From an uncultured Eubacteriales bacterium (lineage in GTDB: Bacteria > Actinomycetota > Coriobacteriia > Anaerosomatales > JAAXUF01): a DNA stretch of 64,000 bases. The stretch covers positions 24,382 through 88,381 of the forward strand of contig CAZIPN010000004.1 of NCBI GenBank assembly GCA_964541225.1, given 5' to 3'. Under the pieces are notes generated by a model that worked only from the letters and a program-made list of their open reading frames with translations, made no database searches and was not told where the DNA came from. This document shows, one piece after another, positions 57,319 to 64,000 of the stretch (the stretch's first letter is position 1; each line of letters opens with the position of its first letter). The position numbers were made by a program, and so were the translations under genes.

Positions 57319-58596
57319 ATGTGGATAGTCGGGCCGCTATCCGAAGTCGGCTATCCAGGCACATGCTCGGCGAAAGCGGATGACAAGCCTGGAAGAGACG
57401 GAGCGCCCATGCGGGACACTTCCGCCAAGCTTGGCCACGGCCTGAACGCGACACCTCCGCGCGCATCGCGGTGCTTGCTCGATGTAACTGAGGTTGGGGT
57501 CAACGGCAAAGCACATTCAGCAGACTCAGCGACCCAGTTCGCGTTCAGGGCGACCGATTACTACACGGCGCTCATCGACTGGAGTGATCCCGAAGATCCG
57601 ATTCGTCGGCTGATCATCCCAGGCTCCGACGAGGCACTCGAGTTCGGAAGCCTTGATGCGTCCAACGAAGCTTCCAACACCGTCGTTCCCGGCCTGCAGC
57701 ACAAGTACCGTGACACCGCGCTGCTGCTGCTGACTGATCAGTGCGCCGGATTCTGCCGGTATTGCTTCCGGAAGCGCATGTTCTTGGGCCGCACGCGCGA
57801 GACGCTGCGCGACTGGCGTCCGGCAGTCGCCTACATTGCGAGGCATTCCGAGGTCACGGACGTTCTGCTCAGCGGTGGGGACCCGCTCACCGTTGCGACG
57901 CCTATCTTGCGGGAGCTCATAGACGCGCTGCTTGCGATTCCACACGTGCGCAATATCCGTTTGGGATCGAAAGTCCCAGCGTTTAATCCCAGTCGAATCA
58001 CGCATGATCTGAGCCTTCGGCAACTCGTAGGTGAGGTCGTGGCCACCGGCCGGTCGTTCCATGTGATGACGCACTTTGACCATCCGCGTGAACTCACGGC
58101 TCGAGCGGCGCATGCCGTTGGTGTTCTGAGGGAAGCTGGCGCGCTGTGCCTTAACCAGTGTCCGGTGACCGTGGGCATCAACGATGATCCGATGGTGCTC
58201 GCCGAGCTCTTCGAGCGGTGTACCGAAGTGGGCTGCCCGCAGTACTACGTCTTCCAATGTCGGCCGACCATCGGCAACGCATCATTCGAGATGCCGATTC
58301 AGCGCGCATTTGAGATCGTGGAGGAGGCCCGCGCCATGGTTTCGGGGCTTTCTCGGCGTGCACGCTTCTGCATCTCGCACGAGTCCGGCAAGATAGAGGT
58401 TGTCGGTACCGACAACCAGCACATCTATGCGCGTTATCATCGTGCCAAAGATCCCAACAACTCCGGCCGCATGCTTGTGTATCGGCGAAACGACGAGGCG
58501 TATTGGCTCGACCAGCTCGTTCCTGCGGACATGATGGGGCCTGCGGTGATGGGGCCAGGGATCGTCGAGCTGGACTCCGAGCGCGAGGCGGGGTAG
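57319..58596 (+). CDS. KamA-family radical SAM aminomutase (lysine 2,3-aminomutase-like)
   Basis: TDYYTALIDWSDPEDPIRRLIIP, GLQHKYRDTALLLLTDQCAGFCRYCFRK (CxxxCxxC) and LLSGGDPL. An alternative start at 57409 is possible. Confidence 0.8.
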   Translation: MWIVGPLSEVGYPGTCSAKADDKPGRDGAPMRDTSAKLGHGLNATPPRASRCLLDVTEVGVNGKAHSADSATQFAFRATDYYTALIDWSDPEDPIRRLIIPGSDEALEFGSLDASNEASNTVVPGLQHKYRDTALLLLTDQCAGFCRYCFRKRMFLGRTRETLRDWRPAVAYIARHSEVTDVLLSGGDPLTVATPILRELIDALLAIPHVRNIRLGSKVPAFNPSRITHDLSLRQLVGEVVATGRSFHVMTHFDHPRELTARAAHAVGVLREAGALCLNQCPVTVGINDDPMVLAELFERCTEVGCPQYYVFQCRPTIGNASFEMPIQRAFEIVEEARAMVSGLSRRARFCISHESGKIEVVGTDNQHIYARYHRAKDPNNSGRMLVYRRNDEAYWLDQLVPADMMGPAVMGPGIVELDSEREAG

Positions 58597-58769
58597 TCCA
58601 CGTCCGGATCGCAGCGAGGTTGCAGATTCTGCGTAGGTGGGCCCGAGTTAACTACTTGCGAGGCATTCGGTCCCATTTGTGAGGTAGACTGTGCGCAGGG
58701 GCTGGCCTTTTCCGTGTCCACTTTCGGCTGGCTGGCCGGCCGAATCGATCGGGCCACTGGGGATCCTGG

Positions 58770-60095
58770 ATGACTGAAGAATCCGTCGACATGGCGGCGG
58801 ACGATACGTCCGCGTCGCGTAGCACTGTTCCGGACGGGCCGCTGCATGCTGCCCTTGAGTCGGTGATCGCTGTGTCCGGAGAGGCGTCAGATGCCGCAGG
58901 GGCCACTCAAGCCATCGTTGACAGACTCGTAGTCGATCTTGAACTCGCCCGCGCTCGGCTCTTCATGCTCACGAGCGAGGAAACGGGTCCCGAACACACC
59001 CATCTCGAAACGGTCGCCGCAGCGGGTTCGCACGCGACGTTCACCAAGGAGATGCCCTCCGTGCCGCTCGACGGCTCGACCGACGTAGCCCGCGTTGGCG
59101 AATCTGGCGAAGCGGAGTTTCATGGCGACGTGCACGGGTTGGGCGAGGAGCCCGAGGGAGGCCATACCGGCTTGGGGCGCTGGCGCGCGGGTGTGACGAC
59201 GCAGTCCAGCGCGGCGCTCCCGCTGTCGGTTCGTGGGAGGATGCTCGGCGTCCTCGCACTTGAATGGTCAGCGCCGAGGGATTTCGAGGCGCCGGAGCGA
59301 GCCGACCTCGACGCCACAGCCACCGCAGCCGCGCTCGTCCTCGACTCGTTCCTTGCCGAGGAACGCTCGTCAGTACCGCGACTGCCGAGTATCGGCATCA
59401 CCCCAAGTCCGACGGCCGAGCTTGCGGTCACCGCCGATGGCCTCGTGATGCCAGTCGGCATTCCCGGAGCGTGGGCGTCTTCCCCGGCGCTTGCTCTGCA
59501 CGTTGCAGCAAATGCGTCGGGAGCTCACAACGAGGAGGTCTTCTGGGACGTCGTCGGATTGCCTGGTGGGCTGGTCGTGCTCACCCTCGGCATGGCGCTC
59601 ACCTCGAAAGGAGCCGCCTCGGAGGTTGCCGAGACTGCCCGTCACATGTTGAGAGCATCGGCGCTACAAGGTGCCGCCCCGGCCCGCAGTCTCGAGCTGC
59701 TCGCCGGGTGGATTGCTGCTTCAGGGCCGGGGACAGCGTGGGTCTCGGCGATTACGATTGAGATGCACGTGCAGCGGTCGACGGCAGTGTGGTGCGCAGC
59801 TGGATCGGTGGCACTGGTGTCGAGGCTTGCAGACGGCCGCATGGATGTTCTCGCTGCGAAACAGCCGCCTCTCGGCAGCACGGCCTCACCCGATCTCGAG
59901 GAGCAAGAAGCGCTGCTGCTCAAAGGCGATCGGATTGCGCTGGCGTGCGGCGAGGTCGCTGCCTTGGGGACGGAGTCTGCCAAGAAGGATGTCAAATCCT
60001 CGCTGGCCGAGGGCGCGAGGCCGGAGACGCTGGTCGAACTCGTGCGTACCCCGTCGTCTGTCGCGGGCGCGATCGTTGTCGAGGTCGGCCCGTAG
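58770..60095 (+). CDS. GAF domain - PP2C/SpoIIE-like domain protein. The PP2C metal-binding Asp positions appear substituted.
   Basis: 441 aa. GAF-like LPLSVRGRMLGVLALEWS. PPM-like core CAAGSVALVSRLADGRMDVLAAKQPPLGS. GDVSGHG is replaced by GMALTSKG and TDG by ACGE. Confidence 0.6.
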   Translation: MTEESVDMAADDTSASRSTVPDGPLHAALESVIAVSGEASDAAGATQAIVDRLVVDLELARARLFMLTSEETGPEHTHLETVAAAGSHATFTKEMPSVPLDGSTDVARVGESGEAEFHGDVHGLGEEPEGGHTGLGRWRAGVTTQSSAALPLSVRGRMLGVLALEWSAPRDFEAPERADLDATATAAALVLDSFLAEERSSVPRLPSIGITPSPTAELAVTADGLVMPVGIPGAWASSPALALHVAANASGAHNEEVFWDVVGLPGGLVVLTLGMALTSKGAASEVAETARHMLRASALQGAAPARSLELLAGWIAASGPGTAWVSAITIEMHVQRSTAVWCAAGSVALVSRLADGRMDVLAAKQPPLGSTASPDLEEQEALLLKGDRIALACGEVAALGTESAKKDVKSSLAEGARPETLVELVRTPSSVAGAIVVEVGP

Positions 60096-60243
60096 CAAGC
60101 AGACCCGACGGGTCCCGGGGACGCTCACGGGACTGCGCTGTGCTGCGTGCGCACGGTGGTCTCCTCCCACATCGCATGCACCGGCCTGCACCTTCGCCTA
60201 CAATCGGCACCACACTCCCGCCGAGCGAAAGGTGTTACACAAC

Positions 60244-62955
60244 GTGAGCGAGATGCCCAAGGCCTATGACCCCAAGACCGTCGAGGGACTGGTGTTCTCG
60301 GCATGGCAGGAGGGCGGGTATTTCGGCGCCGAGATCGTTGAAGGCGTCGAGCCGTACTCGGTCGTGATTCCGCCGCCCAACGTCACGGGCTCGCTGCACA
60401 TGGGGCATGCGCTCAACAACACCATTCAGGATGTCGTCATTCGGCGACAGAGAATGACGGGTCGACCAACGCTGTGGGTTGTCGGCACCGACCATGCGGG
60501 GATCGCCACGCAGAACAAGGTCGAGCAGAAGCTACACGCCGAAGGCAAGAGCCGTCACGACCTTGGCCGCGAAGCGTTCGTGGAGGCATGCTGGGAATGG
60601 CGTCGCAAGTACGGCGGCACGATCATCGAGCAACTCAAGGCGATGGGGTGCTCGTGCGACTATGAGCACGAGCATTTCACGATGGACCCCGGCTATATGC
60701 ATGCGGTGCGCACGGTGTTCGTCGACTGGTTCAACGCCGGTCTCATCTACCGCGGCAATCGCATCATCAACTGGTGTCCGCGCTGCTCAACCGCGCTTTC
60801 CGATATCGAGGTCGAGCACGACGACGTCGACAGCCACCTGTGGCATCTGCGCTACCCGCTGAAGGTGCCGGTCGGGGACGTCGACCACGTCATCGTCGCC
60901 ACGACGCGACCGGAGACGATGCTCGGCGACACGTGCGTGGCGGTGCACCCAGATGACGAGCGCTACAAGGCGCTTGTCGGCGCGACGGTCGTGCTGCCTC
61001 TGATGGGCCGCGAGATTCCGATCGTCGCCGACGAATACGTCGACCCGGCGTTTGGCTCCGGCGCCGTGAAGGTCACGCCGGCCCACGATCCCAATGACTT
61101 CGAGATCGGCGAGCGTCATGGCTGCGCGAAGATCAACATCATGAACGCCGACGCCACCATATCTGAAGAGGGCGGGACGTACGCGGGGCTCGATCGCTAC
61201 GAGGCACGCAAGCGCGTGCTCGCGGATCTGGACGCCGCGGGCGCGCTCATCAAGACCGACGAGCATGTTCACTCGGTCGGACACTGCTACCGCTGCCACA
61301 CCGTGATCGAGCCGTGGCTCTCTGACCAGTGGTTCGTCGACATGAAGCCGCTGGCGAAGCCGGCGATCGAAGCCGTCAAGGACGGGCGAGTCAGCTTCCA
61401 CCCGAAGCGCTGGGAGAACGTCTACTTCCACTGGATGGATAACATCCGGGACTGGTGTATTTCTCGGCAATTGTGGTGGGGGCATCGGATCCCGGTGTTT
61501 TACTGCGATGAGTGTGGCGAGATGGTCGCGAGCATGGAGGATCTCGCCAACTGCCCGAAGTGCGGCGCGGGCGTTCGCCAGGACGAGGACGTGCTCGATA
61601 CGTGGTTCTCTTCGCAACTGTGGCCGTTCGCCACGCTCGGCTGGCCAGAAGAGACGCCGGAACTCGCGTACTTCTACCCTACCAACGTGCTCTCGACTGC
61701 GAGGGACATCCTGTTTCTGTGGGTCGCACGTATGGTCATGAGCGGCCTGTACTTTGTGCCAAAGAAGCCGGAAGCCGACGCGACAACGGATGCAGCGCCG
61801 AGTGGCAACGCCGCACGCCACGGTGAGATCCCCTTCGATGACGTGATCATTCATCCGACCGTCTTCAACGCCGAGGGCAGGCGGATGAGCAAGTCGCTCG
61901 GCACAGGCGTCGATCCGCTCGATCTGATGGAGCACTACGGCGCGGACGGCATGCGTTTTGGGCTGATGCTGCAGGTCACCGGCAACCAGGACATCAAGTT
62001 TGCCGAGGAGAAACTGCTCTCCAGCCGCAACTTCGCGAACAAGATCTGGAACGCCAGCCGCTTCGTGACGATGAATCTCGAGGGCTACGAGCCTGGCGAG
62101 CCGGTCGCTCACACTGTCGCTGACCGCTGGATTCTCTCACGCCTGGCGGATCTCTCGGCTCGCGTTGACGAGGGACTCGATACCTACGAGTTTGGGGAGA
62201 CTGCCCGCGCACTCTACGACTTCTTCTGGAGCGAGTACTGCGACTGGTACATCGAGCTGGCGAAGGGCCGACTTGCCGAGGGAGGCGAGCAGCGCCTCGC
62301 GGTGCAACGCATTCTGGTGTTCGTGCTCGACCAGGCGCTGCGTCTACTCCATCCGATGATGCCGTTTGTGACAGAGGCGATCTGGGGCAACCTGCCGCGC
62401 GCTCAGAGCGATGCCGCCGCCTCCCTCATGATCGCGAGCTGGCCCGACTCGGCGGACCTCGCTCGATTCGCCGACGAAGCCGCCGAGACGTCAATCACTC
62501 GCCTGATCGAGATTGTGGTGGGCATTCGCGGCGTGCGCGCGCGCTACAAGATTCCGCACAAGCAGCGGCTTGCGATCAGCATCAAGACACGCGGTGACGC
62601 CGAGAACGAATGGGTGAGCAACGAGTTCGGGCGCATGCATGCTCTTGCCGGAGTTGCCGAGTTCTCGGCCGGAGTCGACGCGGACAAGCCGCCTCACTCC
62701 GCGACCGTTCTTGCCGCAGGCATGGAGATATACGTCCCGCTCGAAGGGCTCGTCGACTTCGATGCCGAGGCTGCAAGGCTTGCCAACGAGCGCGCCAAGC
62801 ACGTCACAGAACTCGAACGACTCGAAAGAAAGCTCGCCAACGAAGGTTTCCTCGCCAAAGCGGCGCCGGAGATCATCGAGAAGGATCGTGCGCGCGCGAC
62901 CGAACTCTCGGAGGCGATTGCGCTCATCGAGGCGCAACTCGCCGAGTTGGCCTGA
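60244..62955 (+). CDS. valS: valine--tRNA ligase
   Basis: PPPNVTGSLHMGHALN (HIGH), RMSKSLG (KMSKS) and a C-terminal coiled coil. Start at the GTG 60244 (SD GAAAGG 10 nt upstream) or the ATG 60253. The long upstream extension overlaps the previous gene and was rejected. Confidence 0.95.
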   Translation: MSEMPKAYDPKTVEGLVFSAWQEGGYFGAEIVEGVEPYSVVIPPPNVTGSLHMGHALNNTIQDVVIRRQRMTGRPTLWVVGTDHAGIATQNKVEQKLHAEGKSRHDLGREAFVEACWEWRRKYGGTIIEQLKAMGCSCDYEHEHFTMDPGYMHAVRTVFVDWFNAGLIYRGNRIINWCPRCSTALSDIEVEHDDVDSHLWHLRYPLKVPVGDVDHVIVATTRPETMLGDTCVAVHPDDERYKALVGATVVLPLMGREIPIVADEYVDPAFGSGAVKVTPAHDPNDFEIGERHGCAKINIMNADATISEEGGTYAGLDRYEARKRVLADLDAAGALIKTDEHVHSVGHCYRCHTVIEPWLSDQWFVDMKPLAKPAIEAVKDGRVSFHPKRWENVYFHWMDNIRDWCISRQLWWGHRIPVFYCDECGEMVASMEDLANCPKCGAGVRQDEDVLDTWFSSQLWPFATLGWPEETPELAYFYPTNVLSTARDILFLWVARMVMSGLYFVPKKPEADATTDAAPSGNAARHGEIPFDDVIIHPTVFNAEGRRMSKSLGTGVDPLDLMEHYGADGMRFGLMLQVTGNQDIKFAEEKLLSSRNFANKIWNASRFVTMNLEGYEPGEPVAHTVADRWILSRLADLSARVDEGLDTYEFGETARALYDFFWSEYCDWYIELAKGRLAEGGEQRLAVQRILVFVLDQALRLLHPMMPFVTEAIWGNLPRAQSDAAASLMIASWPDSADLARFADEAAETSITRLIEIVVGIRGVRARYKIPHKQRLAISIKTRGDAENEWVSNEFGRMHALAGVAEFSAGVDADKPPHSATVLAAGMEIYVPLEGLVDFDAEAARLANERAKHVTELERLERKLANEGFLAKAAPEIIEKDRARATELSEAIALIEAQLAELA

Positions 62956-62979
62956 GAGGCTGGCGGCGTGGGCGAGACG

Positions 62980-64000
62980 ATGACGTTTCCCGAGGCGGTC
63001 GATGTGCTCGGGCGGGCTTTGCGTTTTGGAATCAACCCGACACTTGAGGGAACGGTCGAGCTGCTCGACGCCCTTGGTCGACCCCACGATGCGTTCGCCT
63101 CTGTGCAGATCACGGGCACGAACGGCAAGACGTCGACCGCGCGCATCACCGCCGCGCTGCTTGCCGCTGAAGGCAAGCGAGTGGGGTTGTTCACCAGCCC
63201 GCACCTCCAGCGCTATTCAGAGCGCATCGAGATCGACGGCGCGCCAGTAGGTGAGGCGGAATTCGCTCGCGGCATCGAGGCGGCGGTTGGTGCCGCGGAG
63301 GCGCTGCGCGGGGAGGGTAGCGTCGGCACGGCCGAGGGCTTCACCGAGTTCGAGCTGCTCACGGGTGCCGCGCTTTGGCTCTTCCGCGAGCGGAGCGTGG
63401 AGGTCGCCGTTCTGGAGGTTGGGCTGGGCGGACGGTGGGATGCCACGAGCGTCGTGTCGCCCAGCGTGGCCGTCATCACCGGCATAGGACTGGACCACAC
63501 GGGGATTCTCGGCGAGAGCGTTGAGGAAATCGCGGCCGACAAAGCCACCATCATCAAGCCAGGATGTGTTCCGGTGCTCGGTCCAGGCACTGCTGGCCTC
63601 GATGCCGTCTTCTTGGCGCGCACCGATGGGCTGGGCCTGCGTCCACGAGCCGTCCGAGCCGACGTCGACTTCTCGCCGGTCGCCGAGGAACTCACGGTCC
63701 GCTACCGCGTTGAGGGTCGGCCCAACTATCTCGGCGACCAGACCCTCATCGATGTTGACGGCATCTACTCACGCTACAACGCTCTTGCTGTCGCCGCGCC
63801 GAGCTACCAGGCGGCCAACGTCGCTACCGCAGTCGCCACCACGGAAGCCGTGCTCGCAGGCCCACTTCGACCCGAGCGCATGCGCTCGGCGCTCGCGAGC
63901 CTCACGCTTCCGGCGCGCTTCGAAGTCGTGCGGCGCGACCCGCTGGTGATCGTGGACGGCTCGCACAATCCACAGGCCGCTGGCGTGCTGGCAAGCGCGA
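62980..64000 (+). CDS. folC: bifunctional folylpolyglutamate synthase/dihydrofolate synthase (3' end outside the window)
   Basis: Own translation of frame 1: MTFPEAVDVLG...VQITGTNGKTSTARI...LFTSPHLQRYSERIEIDG...EVGLGGRWDATS...DGSHNPQAAG. It runs off the window, so it is absent from the ORF track. Confidence 0.9.
   Translation, partial: MTFPEAVDVLGRALRFGINPTLEGTVELLDALGRPHDAFASVQITGTNGKTSTARITAALLAAEGKRVGLFTSPHLQRYSERIEIDGAPVGEAEFARGIEAAVGAAEALRGEGSVGTAEGFTEFELLTGAALWLFRERSVEVAVLEVGLGGRWDATSVVSPSVAVITGIGLDHTGILGESVEEIAADKATIIKPGCVPVLGPGTAGLDAVFLARTDGLGLRPRAVRADVDFSPVAEELTVRYRVEGRPNYLGDQTLIDVDGIYSRYNALAVAAPSYQAANVATAVATTEAVLAGPLRPERMRSALASLTLPARFEVVRRDPLVIVDGSHNPQAAGVLASA

Noticed and set aside
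59671-60243. Long N-terminal extensions suggested by the ORF track. Examples: valS from 59671, clpP from 54439, nifB from 11868, modC from 14390, Rieske from 25534, MFS from 41495, MarR to 41615, PsrA-like to 49841 and the NapH-like gene from 18631.
   Set aside because: The extensions overlap upstream genes or are Arg/Pro/Ser-rich with no homology-like pattern. Internal starts have good Shine-Dalgarno sequences, start/stop coupling, or begin exactly at the conserved N-terminus or Tat/lipobox signal.

Overview
High-GC chromosomal segment with housekeeping synteny typical of Actinomycetota: murI-MBL-rph-rdgB, tRNA-Leu-tig-clpP-clpX and valS-folC. No transposase, integrase, CRISPR array or rRNA is visible. 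Three accessory blocks sit among the housekeeping genes.

(1) About 3.7-18.5 kb holds a compact Mo-nitrogenase/molybdate supraoperon: nifH-nifD-nifK-nifEN(fused)-nifX-nifI1-nifI2-fdx-nifB-modA-modB-modC-mop-(trmO-like). It lies behind a textbook sigma54 -24/-12 promoter and a cluster of repeated 8-mers. A GAF/AAA+/HTH NifA-like activator is encoded nearby on the opposite strand.

(2) 26.2-36.9 kb holds a Frz/ACF-like chemosensory operon: PATAN/DUF4388 protein, CheR-TPR, CheY, two CheW, an MCP without a sensor domain, a CheA-REC hybrid and CheB. Embedded in it is a PilB/GspE-family protein whose ATPase motifs are all degenerate. I consider this the most interesting candidate for an undescribed module.

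(3) 43.5-49.7 kb holds a Tat-exported molybdopterin oxidoreductase operon (PsrABC-like, plus a TorD-like chaperone and a NapF-like poly-ferredoxin). It is bracketed by tRNA-Pro and a tRNA-Gly/Arg/His/Lys cluster.

Other genes include a LuxR regulator with an Ala/Glu-rich repeat, a NapH-like membrane FeS protein, an OmpR/HK pair with a small secreted Gly-rich protein, pirin, a Rieske protein, a MarR-MFS pair, a LysE-KamA pair and a GAF-PP2C-like protein with degenerate metal ligands. All calls rest on motif reading of the supplied translations and of the DNA. No database search was run.
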